Origin: a virus
Lineage: Duplodnaviria > Caudoviricetes
Length of the DNA: 64,000 nucleotides
Strand: one strand, 5' to 3'
Virus record (IMG/VR): IMGVR_UViG_3300005611_000007
Location: 1 to 64,000 of that record
Shown here: piece by piece, positions 54,094 to 63,824 of the stretch
Numbering within the stretch: position 1 is the first letter of the stretch
Layout: every line of letters starts with the position of its first letter
The notes under the pieces: generated by a model
The model's database searches: none
The model's input: only the letters and a program-made list of their open reading frames with translations
What the model was told of the DNA's origin: nothing
Program-made: the position numbers and the translations under genes

Positions 54094-54877
54094 TATCCTC
54101 CAGATATGTTCTTATATTATTATTCTCGTTACACCATTTTTTAGCATACTTACCTTCGCTAGGTCTAGAGAACATTGGATGATAGTACTCAGAACACCCC
54201 TCAAAGAAGTAGTGTATCGCCTGTGCTTTTCTTGTTTTATCTTTGTGTGGCGTAAATGTACCGCCATGTAGAAGATTTGCTTCCCATATAATCGCTTCAC
54301 CTTTTTTCACGGGAACAGGAGTTCTCTTTCCTTTTTTTATCAAAACAAGATGCTCTATAAACTTCTCATATTCTCTATAGTTTATCTCTTCACCATTCTC
54401 TATATCGTCTGGATGTGGAAGACCTAGAGATTCATAGTTATATATATCCCAGTCGTGACTACCTGGAACTACAGACAAAGCACCATTCTCTATAGTCGCA
54501 TCTTCTAAAGCAACCCATACACCAATCATCATTCTCTCTGGTATGGTATGAAAATGAATACAATCGCTATGTAGGGGTTGATTAGATGGACCTGTAAAAT
54601 TGATTGTAGAAAACGGAAATGCCTTCTTCATATACCAATTTTCTAGATGACGAAGTATTTTTTCATTCATACAGAGATTGGCGATATTTCTACTCTTTTT
54701 CCACGCTTCAAATAATCTAGGCCACTGTGTATATTGATAATGATCAGCTTGAATCGTCTTATTCTCTAGTGCTAGAATGTTTGTCACATCATCATTTATA
54801 CCATTAATTTCGGCATCAGTCAACTCCAAATCAATGATATCATAACCTTCACTATTCCAGAATTTATTAAAAGTCAT
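54077..54877 (-). CDS. PhyH-family Fe(II)/2OG dioxygenase
   Basis: LHSD, GVWVALED...NGAL..VPGSH and LLHGG motifs. Confidence 0.88.
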   Translation of the reverse strand: MTFNKFWNSEGYDIIDLELTDAEINGINDDVTNILALENKTIQADHYQYTQWPRLFEAWKKSRNIANLCMNEKILRHLENWYMKKAFPFSTINFTGPSNQPLHSDCIHFHTIPERMMIGVWVALEDATIENGALSVVPGSHDWDIYNYESLGLPHPDDIENGEEINYREYEKFIEHLVLIKKGKRTPVPVKKGEAIIWEANLLHGGTFTPHKDKTRKAQAIHYFFEGCSEYYHPMFSRPSEGKYAKKWCNENNNIRTYLEDIDGRI

Positions 54878-55379
54878 AACCTAACTCCCTAGCATACTTA
54901 TAAGCAAGTTCGTTTGGTCTTTTCTTTATAGGTCTTGCAGGACTGCCTACATAGATTGTCCATGGTTCGGCATCTTTAGTAAGAGTCGAGTTTGAACCTA
55001 CTACTGCTCCTTCACCTAGAGTAATTCCAGGCATAACAACACTATTAACACCAATACAAGAAAATGGCTCGAATGTTACTGTAGTTATATTTGAAATTCG
55101 GTACTTACTAGGTACTTGTGGATTCATAAGAGAGCCAGAAGCAAAATCATCTCCACCACAAATAACTTTGCCGCCAGCACTGATACCACTAAAATGACCC
55201 ATAACAAGCTTGGAAGTCCTGCCACCGATAATAGCAACCTGTGGAGCAATATGAACCCAGTCACCAATATCCATAATAACAGAAGAAAATACGTTATAAT
55301 CTAGAACAACGTAATCTCCAAACGTTGATTCTGTTTTATACTTACAAAATGAACCATGATCTACTAATTCAGGATTCAT
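54867..55379 (-). CDS. Hexapeptide-repeat sugar acyltransferase
   Basis: IGDWVHIAP and IGVNSVVMPGITLGEGAVVGSNS...YVGSPAR motifs. Confidence 0.85.
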   Translation of the reverse strand: MNPELVDHGSFCKYKTESTFGDYVVLDYNVFSSVIMDIGDWVHIAPQVAIIGGRTSKLVMGHFSGISAGGKVICGGDDFASGSLMNPQVPSKYRISNITTVTFEPFSCIGVNSVVMPGITLGEGAVVGSNSTLTKDAEPWTIYVGSPARPIKKRPNELAYKYARELGYDF

Positions 55380-56014
55380 AACAGACCGCCATTAATGCGA
55401 AGTGTTTGACCAGAAACATAACTAGTATTTAATATATATTCAATTGTGTTGTACACTTCTTCAATTCTACCCCATCGTCTGGCGGGAATATTCTTCATTA
55501 TCTCTTGTTGAATATCTTCACTAATAGTTTCTGTTAGACCTTTTTCAAAGTATCCCAACTGAATAGCGTTTATATAAACATTCTTATTAAAATTTTCTGC
55601 GGCAACGGTACGAACATATGATTCTATAAATCCCTTTGTTGCTGAATATATAGAAGTTCCTACTTGAGCTTTATCCGCTAGAATAGAAGAGGCGAGAATA
55701 ATATTACCACCACGTTCTCTCATAAAATGTTTCAAACAAAGTTGAACTACATTTAGAGTACCCCAAACGTTTGTATCTACTTGATTGGCAGTATCAATGT
55801 AACCAATGCTATGTGTAAAACCATTAGCATTATACGCTGCCAAGTTTACTACAATATCAAAATGATTTGTTTTAAAATATATATCACATTCTTTACGATT
55901 TCTTACATCTAAATTTTTAGATGATAAAGATGTAACATTATATTTATCCTTCATAATTTTTGTTAAAACTTTACCGATACCACCACTGCCACCGAGTATC
56001 AAAACAGTTTTCAT
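55376..56014 (-). CDS. Short-chain dehydrogenase/reductase (FabG-like)
   Basis: GGSGGIG, YSATK and IPARRWG...GQTLRINGG motifs. Confidence 0.88.
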   Translation of the reverse strand: MKTVLILGGSGGIGKVLTKIMKDKYNVTSLSSKNLDVRNRKECDIYFKTNHFDIVVNLAAYNANGFTHSIGYIDTANQVDTNVWGTLNVVQLCLKHFMRERGGNIILASSILADKAQVGTSIYSATKGFIESYVRTVAAENFNKNVYINAIQLGYFEKGLTETISEDIQQEIMKNIPARRWGRIEEVYNTIEYILNTSYVSGQTLRINGGLL

Positions 56015-56032
56015 TTTTAAGACTCCATTATA

Positions 56033-56722
56033 TTATGTCCAATTAATGTTAGGGAATTTTTCTACAAATTTATGTATAATATTCCAGACATCGAATGATA
56101 CATTTGGATTTGCCAAAAGTTTATTAAAGAAATAAACATTTAGACTTGGGTTCCACATACCAGCAAGTAATGCAAAAGAAGAAAATCCTCCAATAACAGT
56201 ATGCGCTTGATATATAGTCATCCAATCTTTTATAGTATCGTTTGTTGGTGTAATACCATATCTTTTATGTACAGATTTGTCTTCAGATAATATAATAGGA
56301 TTTTTATGATATCTAATTTCTTCATCATATACTTCAATTGGTATCAAAGGTCTATCTGATTGTCTGACATGAATCACAGTTTTACCAGAATTAACATAAT
56401 CACAACCGTTCAAATTTAAACTAACTTCAGATTCATTAATATTTTCCCACCATTTAAGTAAGAGAGAAACATTAGGTTCTTTGAAAGGATTGGTTTTATT
56501 AGTACCAATCACCGTAGTAATTTCTGGTCTTTTTTTGAACGTCAAAAAGTCGTCGAAAAAGATACGATCTTCATCCATTATAATATCTGAATTTTGCCAA
56601 TAACCACCAGTGTTAAACAATATTTTATTTACTGTTGTATTATTTTCTTTAGCTATGGCATAACATGTATAAAGTGATAGTATTTGAGTGCCTAGTCCAC
56701 CACGAACGTTATACGTCCCCAT
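56033..56722 (-). CDS. GT11-like (alpha-1,2-fucosyltransferase-type) glycosyltransferase
   Basis: RGGLGTQ, IHVRQSD and SSFA motifs resemble GT11 GGLGNQ/HVRRGD/SSFS. Confidence 0.55.
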   Translation of the reverse strand: MGTYNVRGGLGTQILSLYTCYAIAKENNTTVNKILFNTGGYWQNSDIIMDEDRIFFDDFLTFKKRPEITTVIGTNKTNPFKEPNVSLLLKWWENINESEVSLNLNGCDYVNSGKTVIHVRQSDRPLIPIEVYDEEIRYHKNPIILSEDKSVHKRYGITPTNDTIKDWMTIYQAHTVIGGFSSFALLAGMWNPSLNVYFFNKLLANPNVSFDVWNIIHKFVEKFPNINWT

Positions 56723-57131
56723 TTAAAAATACCTTGTCCTTTTCTACACCTTCATATGGACCAGTTTTGTATTCATAAACTTTAGCGTTTTCTAAAATTG
56801 TGTATGTGTGACCACCTTCAAACGTAAGTGAAATATCTCCTGAATTTAAAACAATTTCTTCTAAAATAGTATCATCCACGTCATAGAAATGTGCTTTTAC
56901 TTTACCTTCCATAACACACCAAGATTCTTGAGCGACAACTTGTTTTCTAGGGGCATTTTTCCAAATGTGTCTATGTGGTCGAAACGTCTTTCCTGTTTCT
57001 AATTTTAAAGCCGAGACTTGAATAAATTGATCTTCTGGTGCAACATCTTCTCTATTCTCTGATAAATCGTCAGAACGATATACCATATGACATAACTTAT
57101 CTGGATAAACTTTTGAGTATATCTTTAACAT
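56709..57131 (-). CDS. WbuC-like cupin-fold protein
   Basis: PHRH...QESW...G.V...YD...GGH...E.KTGPY. Confidence 0.7.
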   Translation of the reverse strand: MLKIYSKVYPDKLCHMVYRSDDLSENREDVAPEDQFIQVSALKLETGKTFRPHRHIWKNAPRKQVVAQESWCVMEGKVKAHFYDVDDTILEEIVLNSGDISLTFEGGHTYTILENAKVYEYKTGPYEGVEKDKVFLNGDV

Positions 57132-57969
57132 ATATTGTATCTCCCAATGGATTATCTAATCTTACACTGCCATGAATAGCAAATCTTCTATTCAATTCTT
57201 TTGTATTACCTCTGGAATGAAAACCACCAACATTAGCAATAACTAATGTATCTTCGTTTACGTAGATGGGTTCCATTTCATAACCCATCTCTTGTAATTC
57301 TTCTTCACTTACTCTAAACGATCCTTCATAATGATCTTTTGCTCTCCACTCTTCGTATTCTTTTTTACACGCTTTTACACTTTGTTGATAATACCACATC
57401 TGCATTTTTTCGTTTGATTTTGTACTACCCTTAGCAAACATTAATGGACCATCATCGACTTTCTTTGGAAACCACCAAAACTTGATTGCAGGAAAGTATG
57501 TATCTAGATGCATTAATTTTTGATGATCGTCATCTCCTGGTCTATTTCTTACGATTTGAGCAAATGTGTTATTTCTGAACTTGGTTTCTACTTCTCGCTC
57601 ATCTCCTCCAATAAGTTTATAAATGTGGGGATAGATTAGTAATGATATATTATATAATAATCTAGACTTATCTCTATTCATTGAAAGAATATTGTTAGAA
57701 TTTTTAGATACCGCTACCTCGAAATTTTCGAATTCTTTTAAAGCCCTTTCAACGTCAACACTAGAACCAACAAATCCTTTATGAACTATTAATCCTACAT
57801 TATAATAGTCTAAGTTCTCTTTGTCAACTTGTTTTAATCTTTGAAAGTGTTTAATTTCTGCCTGAAGTTTTCTATATAGATGAATACCTTTCTCAGTTAA
57901 ATCTACATCATTTAGAGGATACCTATCAAGAGTTTTATGAGAACTTTTATATACATCATTATACAACAT
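57097..57969 (-). CDS. PhyH-like Fe(II)/2OG dioxygenase
   Basis: QKLMHLDTYFP..K.W, DGP..F..GS and ANVGGFHSRG motifs. Confidence 0.75.
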   Translation of the reverse strand: MLYNDVYKSSHKTLDRYPLNDVDLTEKGIHLYRKLQAEIKHFQRLKQVDKENLDYYNVGLIVHKGFVGSSVDVERALKEFENFEVAVSKNSNNILSMNRDKSRLLYNISLLIYPHIYKLIGGDEREVETKFRNNTFAQIVRNRPGDDDHQKLMHLDTYFPAIKFWWFPKKVDDGPLMFAKGSTKSNEKMQMWYYQQSVKACKKEYEEWRAKDHYEGSFRVSEEELQEMGYEMEPIYVNEDTLVIANVGGFHSRGNTKELNRRFAIHGSVRLDNPLGDTIYVKDILKSLSR

Positions 57970-57971
57970 TA

Positions 57972-58532
57972 TTAACTCCTCTTAAATACTAATCCTGTTC
58001 TGGCAACAAAAGGTTTTTTCATAGTAGATTCTTCTCGAATTTGTTTAGTAAGTGTTTCATCATATTCAAATCCATATCTTTTGAAAGCATCTAGCCAGTA
58101 ATCTTCCTCTTGACAGTTAACATGGTGATGACCGGCTTGTCCTGGTACAGCATGGGTGACGATAAGATATTTTGCTTTACTATCTTGAAATGTAGACATA
58201 TAGTTGTCCATATACTTTTCTTCTACATGTTCTAAAAATTCTACACACCAAATTAAATCAACTTCATAAGTTAAAGTAGGACTTCCTTTTGTATAATCAT
58301 TTAAATGAAAATTGGATTCTTTAGGAAGGACTGTCCAATCACCATCAACGCCATAAGATTCCCATCCAAGAGATTCTGCTAATTTAACTTGACCTCCAAA
58401 TCCGCAGCCGACATCAAGCATCTTTCGGCAACCAAGATTCCACATAATATTAAGCGATCCATCATCCGTCCAACTCCTACCATTTTGACCACCCAAATGA
58501 TCTGGCAATTCATTTTGCATATTCAGCTCCAT
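57972..58532 (-). CDS. SAM-dependent methyltransferase
   Basis: LDVGCGFG, EFLEH and PGQAGHHHVNCQ...YW motifs. Confidence 0.85.
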   Translation of the reverse strand: MELNMQNELPDHLGGQNGRSWTDDGSLNIMWNLGCRKMLDVGCGFGGQVKLAESLGWESYGVDGDWTVLPKESNFHLNDYTKGSPTLTYEVDLIWCVEFLEHVEEKYMDNYMSTFQDSKAKYLIVTHAVPGQAGHHHVNCQEEDYWLDAFKRYGFEYDETLTKQIREESTMKKPFVARTGLVFKRS

Positions 58533-58542
58533 TTCATCATCA

Positions 58543-58950
58543 TTATTCTAACCATTTCTCCACTCTCGACTTAAAATACCGGCCATTGATGTTATCATTG
58601 AGATATTCCGACGATTCTAAAACATTTCTCTGAAACTGCTCTTTAACTTCAGTATAGTTCATTTCACCTTTAGTCTTATGTAATGATAGTATCTCTCTTT
58701 GAAAATTACTTGTCTCAGATTGATTTATAAGATCTTTCACAACATCACTGGAACCATAATAATCACGCCAATCACTTTCGATACGACTACGCCGCTTCGC
58801 CCCACGAGTTTTTCTCATGAACCAAAATGTCTTTCTACCAATATATTTTCTACCATCGGGGCAAGTAATACAATAAACGAAACCATGATACCTGTCAACT
58901 AAATTCTCATCAAATACTTCTCCTTGGTACATCCAAGGATTATCATACAT
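58543..58950 (-). CDS. GIY-YIG endonuclease
   Basis: GFVYCIT...KYIGRK...ESDWRDYYGSS...REIL...E..EQF...YLNDNI. Confidence 0.8.
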   Translation of the reverse strand: MYDNPWMYQGEVFDENLVDRYHGFVYCITCPDGRKYIGRKTFWFMRKTRGAKRRSRIESDWRDYYGSSDVVKDLINQSETSNFQREILSLHKTKGEMNYTEVKEQFQRNVLESSEYLNDNINGRYFKSRVEKWLE

Positions 58951-59114
58951 TATTCGTCTTCTTCATCCCAAAATTCTTGGTCTTCTGTCCATTCATCAAA
59001 ATCTTCATTTTGTTGTATGACTTCTCCGCAGAATGGGCAGTATACGACCTTATTCATTTCATTATGTTGTATATCAAATTCTGCTCCGCACTCCTCACAT
59101 GTTATCGTTTCCAT
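58950..59114 (-). CDS. Small Zn-ribbon protein with acidic tail (54 aa)
   Basis: Not in the ORF track: METITCEECGAEF...YCPFCGE...FWDEEDE*; GGAG RBS. Confidence 0.7.
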   Translation of the reverse strand: METITCEECGAEFDIQHNEMNKVVYCPFCGEVIQQNEDFDEWTEDQEFWDEEDE

Positions 59115-59141
59115 TTGATACTCCGAGTTACTTTTAATCTT

Positions 59142-61070
59142 TTAAATAATTTCACATCCTCCAGCGGCGCAAGCCATTTCCTGCGCTCCAAGTGTTAGAT
59201 CAGTTGTCTCATAATTCTGTAGAAGAGCCCAATCCACATTCTTTGGCATCTTCTCTAGTAGTTGTTGATATTCGTTTTCAGTACAATCTTGATATGGTGC
59301 TTGACGATATGTGTGATCAGAAAATGGTAAGAATGATACACCGGACATATAATCAAAATTTTCATAACACCACGCACCAACCTCTAACCACTCATGTTCT
59401 TTGACAGAAATAGTTACAGAAGGTTTATGTTCACACCAAGCGTCTTGATAAGTCTTCCATAGTTCCAACTGTTCAATTGCAGACATATCAGTTCGAAACA
59501 CAGAACTATCCGGTGACTTCATTGGAAATGAAAACACATAAGTATGTTCTGGTTTCATTACATCATCTTCAACAGGAAAACCAACATCTCTCATCATGAT
59601 CGCCAGAGGGTCTTTTTTATCGCCACGCACCGTCCGTATATAGTAAGGATTATGTCGTGCATGAATGCCACTGGCAGCATCAACAAGTTGACTAACAGTG
59701 CCGCTAGGCTTAACACAAGTAACCGAAACTGACTGTGGGATACCAATTTTCTTAGACCACTCTTTGTTTGTTTCGATTGCGACGGTTTTAAGTTCCTGTA
59801 GAACTTGATGAGTCTTAATGTTGCCTTTCTTCTCACTCTTTCCATTTGTAAGATCATTGTCCATAATCCCTGTTAATGAAACACCCAAAAGACGTTCTTC
59901 TTCACAATTCTCTTTCCACTTCTTTGATAGATATCTAAAGTTTGTCAATGTTGACTGAAACGTTCCAAGAATAGTAGCAAGACGTACCTTTTCCTTTAGT
60001 GTTTCTAGACTATCTGTAGAACGAATCACAACTTCTGAAAGATTACAAAACTCACGGTCTCTCAGAATAATCTCTGAACATGGATTAGTACCAAACTCAT
60101 GATCTACATCTCTACGACCTGTCTTTGCTACCTGCTTCTTTGCAGATTCACGATTGAATAGTCCACGTTCACCAGACTTAGAATTATATAGGGATAACCA
60201 TTCTTCCATAAAGATACCGATATCAGGCTTCTCTGTATAACATGCTGAGTTATTTGAAAGTGCTCTTTGTGGATTTTGTTCCCACCACTGACCGGCTTTT
60301 GCGTGTCTCATACGATCATCAGATAGATTAGATAGTGAGATAAGAGCACTACGACGAACACCGCCTACAACTACAATCTCAGCAATCTTACATACGATAT
60401 CATGACATTCAAGCGAAGATAAACGACGACCAGCAGCTCCACGGAAAATTGAGGTTACAAACTTGAAAAGATCTTCAAGTGGTTCTGGACCAGATGCGCG
60501 CCCACCAAAAGTCTTTAATGGTGCTCCAGCCGGACGTATCTTAGAGGTATCCCAAGAAGGTACTTGACCCTGATAGAGAAGAGCAATAAGTTCCTTGAGT
60601 GCCTTTGCCCAACCAATCTTAGAATCTGCTACTGTGATTACTACATCCGAATCAAAGAAATCTTCGGCAACAATGGGGAGTTTAGTAACAAACTGACGTT
60701 CTACTGAGAATCCTACACCAGTACCATTCATAAGAATATACAATAATTCATCAAACGCTTGAACACGGTCAATCGCAAGATATGAACAGTTATAACCGGC
60801 AACATTCTCTTTCTTCAATGCTGGTCCAGCAGTCATAAGGCATCGCATAGAGGGCATTACCTTTTGATCTAATACAGCATCTTCTAGTTCGTCTCTATCC
60901 TTCTTACTTAACTTAAAATTATGTTTGTCTTGTAGATCTTCTTCAAAGAAATCAAAATAACGACCTACTGTCTCGGTCCAACTCTCACGTCTACCCTGAT
61001 CCCACATAAAACGTGAATAACGTGATAGATGAATAAACTGTTGATATTCGGTTGGAAGATGATTTTGCAT
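59142..61070 (-). CDS. nrdJ: Class II (adenosylcobalamin-dependent) ribonucleotide reductase
   Basis: MPSMR, GGRASGP, VVGGVRRSALI, GTNPCSEI, CNLSE and VKPSGT motifs; C-terminal CAAGGC; no nrdB adjacent. Confidence 0.92.
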   Translation of the reverse strand: MQNHLPTEYQQFIHLSRYSRFMWDQGRRESWTETVGRYFDFFEEDLQDKHNFKLSKKDRDELEDAVLDQKVMPSMRCLMTAGPALKKENVAGYNCSYLAIDRVQAFDELLYILMNGTGVGFSVERQFVTKLPIVAEDFFDSDVVITVADSKIGWAKALKELIALLYQGQVPSWDTSKIRPAGAPLKTFGGRASGPEPLEDLFKFVTSIFRGAAGRRLSSLECHDIVCKIAEIVVVGGVRRSALISLSNLSDDRMRHAKAGQWWEQNPQRALSNNSACYTEKPDIGIFMEEWLSLYNSKSGERGLFNRESAKKQVAKTGRRDVDHEFGTNPCSEIILRDREFCNLSEVVIRSTDSLETLKEKVRLATILGTFQSTLTNFRYLSKKWKENCEEERLLGVSLTGIMDNDLTNGKSEKKGNIKTHQVLQELKTVAIETNKEWSKKIGIPQSVSVTCVKPSGTVSQLVDAASGIHARHNPYYIRTVRGDKKDPLAIMMRDVGFPVEDDVMKPEHTYVFSFPMKSPDSSVFRTDMSAIEQLELWKTYQDAWCEHKPSVTISVKEHEWLEVGAWCYENFDYMSGVSFLPFSDHTYRQAPYQDCTENEYQQLLEKMPKNVDWALLQNYETTDLTLGAQEMACAAGGCEII

Positions 61071-61730
61071 TTAATTTCCCTCTAAAAATACGGTTGGAAA
61101 CTTCTCGGATAGTAGTTGCCAACAACTTTCTGCGATTAATCTGTGTTCTTTTTGGGTTCCATTACCCATACGAAGATCACAATAATGAATCCATGAACGC
61201 AATGAACCTTTCATATACATCGTAGACATTGTAAGACCTTCTGGTAAAATAGACCTTGCTACTTCTTTAGCAATACCCATATTCAATGCCCATTGATAAT
61301 CTTTCTTGGCCTGAACTAAGGCATTTGTCTGTATCAATTGCCATGCATCTCTAGTGTCTTTGTCTACACCTTCTATACTATTCTGTCTATTTTTATTATC
61401 TTGTAGTCTTGGTTCTCTCCATGTAAACTCCTGTGCTTGTGCGTATCTTTGACTAAACTCTTGAAAACTAAACGATCTATGACGAAGGATTTGTCTACCA
61501 ATATCTCTTGTACATTTAATCTCAATAGTCGCATCTACCATTTCAAATACTGACCAATGCGAATTTTTCTTACAATATTGTAAAAGTTTATTCGCAGTCT
61601 CATTATTCATCTGATTTTCGGGATTTGATACTCTAGCGCAATAAGCGATTAGTTCTTCTGAAGTCTCACATTGTTCAATCACTGGTTTTGTAATAGATAC
61701 CAATTTTGTACTATAATCAAAATATTTCAT
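61071..61730 (-). CDS. thyX: Flavin-dependent thymidylate synthase
   Basis: HWSVFE, RHRSFSFQEFSQRY and AKEVAR..LP...R...TQ.EH motifs. Confidence 0.95.
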   Translation of the reverse strand: MKYFDYSTKLVSITKPVIEQCETSEELIAYCARVSNPENQMNNETANKLLQYCKKNSHWSVFEMVDATIEIKCTRDIGRQILRHRSFSFQEFSQRYAQAQEFTWREPRLQDNKNRQNSIEGVDKDTRDAWQLIQTNALVQAKKDYQWALNMGIAKEVARSILPEGLTMSTMYMKGSLRSWIHYCDLRMGNGTQKEHRLIAESCWQLLSEKFPTVFLEGN

Positions 61731-61736
61731 AAAACC

Positions 61737-62225
61737 TCACTTAATAAATGTTAATGTTTTATATTGTCCATTGTACCAGAAAGTGATTTCGCTATGACTA
61801 TATATTTCTTCATTTACATAATCATACCTCGTATGAGGAGTGCATTGTTGTACATTCTGATATCCAACAACATCATTACTACTACCCATGTTTTTACCAA
61901 CTTGATTACCAGCTAAAGCACCAGCAACAGCACCACCACCTATAGCAACACTCTTTCCTGTACCCTTACCTACTGTAGATCCAAGTAATCCACCTGTTAC
62001 ACCACCAATGATAGTTCCTAAAATTGAAGAACCATCAGATGATTGTTGATTATTATATATCGGAACCTGCCTATCTGTACATACAGTTTCTACTTTAGGT
62101 ATCTCTCTTTGTTGGGTTTTATATATATCTTTAATTTTGATTTCTTCTGCGTTAACATTCATAGGAATAAGAATAGCCATAATTATGGCTATTGTAGCTA
62201 TAATTATATGTTTTTCGTTAAACAT
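61737..62225 (-). CDS. Glycine-zipper 2TM domain protein
   Basis: GTIIGGVTGGLLGSTVGKGTGK...GAVAGALAGNQVG; signal peptide. Confidence 0.8.
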   Translation of the reverse strand: MFNEKHIIIATIAIIMAILIPMNVNAEEIKIKDIYKTQQREIPKVETVCTDRQVPIYNNQQSSDGSSILGTIIGGVTGGLLGSTVGKGTGKSVAIGGGAVAGALAGNQVGKNMGSSNDVVGYQNVQQCTPHTRYDYVNEEIYSHSEITFWYNGQYKTLTFIK

Positions 62226-62320
62226 TATTTCCTCTTACGGTTTTTACTGGCATTCTTACGTTTGGTTGATCCAATTTTTCTACGACCTTTTCTTGGTCTA
62301 TTCTTATGTGGCCATGACAT
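62225..62320 (-). CDS. 31-aa highly basic peptide
   Basis: Not in the ORF track: MSWPHKNRPRKGRRKIGSTKRKNASKNRKRK*; TAATG overlaps at both ends. Confidence 0.7.
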   Translation of the reverse strand: MSWPHKNRPRKGRRKIGSTKRKNASKNRKRK

Positions 62321-63312
62321 TACACTTTTCTCCATTCATTAAATTTTAACATAGCACTTAGATCTGAATATGAGTTATTATATATAATTTTCTCGACACT
62401 GTATCCAGTCAAAACCATATCATTGATATCTTTACCATAGAGATTATTCGGCCAGATACAAACAGTATAATTGTTTCTTATCATTCTGTCAAGTAAATTA
62501 CAAATAGTTTTATTTCTAGGTTGATTATCAAAAACGTAAATAGTGTTTTTTGGTAAAATCTCCGTGGCTTTCTTCATGTCAGCACCACTGACAGCAACTG
62601 CATTAGACAAAAATAAACTATCAATAGGACCTTCTACACATACAACTTTTTTCTTTAAATTAATCCGTTCCAATCCATATATCATAGGTTCATCTTCACG
62701 AAGTCGAATAGTTATATATCTAAGAGGATTTTTATCAATCGCTCTCATAGTAAATCCTACTATATCATTATTTTTTGAATAAAATGGTAATACGATCCTA
62801 CCTTCGTTAGTCTTAATTCGATTCTTATATTTCTCTACTACCTCTGTAATTCTTGAGACATCATCAATATAGTAGATGTATTTTAATTTATAATCTGGTA
62901 GTTTTCTACTTTTACAATATAGTACTGCCGGATGATTTACATCTAGATTTGTGATATTTTCGATAAAATCTGGAAGGTCTTCGATACTTTTTGTTTCAAA
63001 TTTAGGTTTAAAATCGAAAGATTTTTTCTCAAATTTTTTTCCAAATTTTTCTAATTTATATTGTTGATATAGAGAAGAATCAAGTTTTTCTATCAACTTA
63101 TCTAATCCCATAGAAATTCCACAGTTATGACACTTCAACATCATACTGTTTTTATGTTGAAGAAGATAACCACGGGCTTTATTAGGATTAGAAGCCGAAT
63201 CACCACAAATAGGACAACGAAAATTAGCGACAAAGGGATTTGTCTGCTTAACTTTCCATTTATCTAATTTTGGCGAAATAAGACCTGCGTATTTTGTGTC
63301 AATCCAAATCAT
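62320..63312 (-). CDS. gp61: DNA primase gp61
   Basis: NFRCPICGDS...KARG...CHNCG zinc domain; VEGPIDS, FDNQPRN and KDINDM TOPRIM motifs; GGAGG RBS before the ATG at 63312. Confidence 0.93.
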   Translation of the reverse strand: MIWIDTKYAGLISPKLDKWKVKQTNPFVANFRCPICGDSASNPNKARGYLLQHKNSMMLKCHNCGISMGLDKLIEKLDSSLYQQYKLEKFGKKFEKKSFDFKPKFETKSIEDLPDFIENITNLDVNHPAVLYCKSRKLPDYKLKYIYYIDDVSRITEVVEKYKNRIKTNEGRIVLPFYSKNNDIVGFTMRAIDKNPLRYITIRLREDEPMIYGLERINLKKKVVCVEGPIDSLFLSNAVAVSGADMKKATEILPKNTIYVFDNQPRNKTICNLLDRMIRNNYTVCIWPNNLYGKDINDMVLTGYSVEKIIYNNSYSDLSAMLKFNEWRKV

Positions 63313-63333
63313 TCGTACCTCCAATATGATAGA

Positions 63334-63404
63334 AGTATACATGATAAAATTATTACTGTCAACTACATTTTTTAGTTGACAAAACGGTTGACAGACTGTA
63401 GAAT
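63334..63404. promoter_or_regulatory. Back-to-back sigma70 promoters
   Basis: Minus: TTGACA(63357-62)-17-TATACT, toward primase. Plus: TTGACA(63376-81)-17-TAGAAT(63399-404). Confidence 0.7.
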
Positions 63405-63416
63405 TATATTGTTAGC

Positions 63417-63824
63417 CTAGAATAATGAATCAATGATATTTACTTTGCTGAGTAAGAAACCAAGAGCAACAGCACCACCCATAACAATATATCTCCATTT
63501 CTCTAGTGCATCAACTCTTTTAGACATTTCATCAGCATGTATCTTTTGTTCTACTTGTAACTCTTTAATCTTTTCCAGAATAACTTGATAATGATCTGAA
63601 AGTTCTTCGTGTATTTCGTCTTTCATATCGGTTATTCTCTTGTGTACTATTTCTATTGCTTTTTCTTGTGTATCGATACGAGAGTCTTGTACAGCAATAA
63701 CTTTATTTAAATTATTACTAACCTCAGTAAGTTTATTGATAGTAATATCAAATCTATCTAAGATATTTTGAAATGTTACTAAATCTTTTTGAAGAATTTT
63801 TACTTCTGTTTCTAGGTTTGACAT
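63417..63824 (-). CDS. Coiled-coil protein with C-terminal TM helix
   Basis: Heptad repeats ending RVDALEKWRYIVMGGAVALGFLL. Confidence 0.65.
   Translation of the reverse strand: MSNLETEVKILQKDLVTFQNILDRFDITINKLTEVSNNLNKVIAVQDSRIDTQEKAIEIVHKRITDMKDEIHEELSDHYQVILEKIKELQVEQKIHADEMSKRVDALEKWRYIVMGGAVALGFLLSKVNIIDSLF

Noticed and set aside
58950-59114. Zn-ribbon protein as LysW amino-group carrier
   Set aside because: The C-terminus is FWDEEDE rather than EDWGE, and no lysX/argX-type ligase is nearby.
59142-61070. Intron or intein in nrdJ associated with the nearby GIY-YIG gene
   Set aside because: nrdJ is continuous and of normal length; the GIY-YIG ORF is free-standing.
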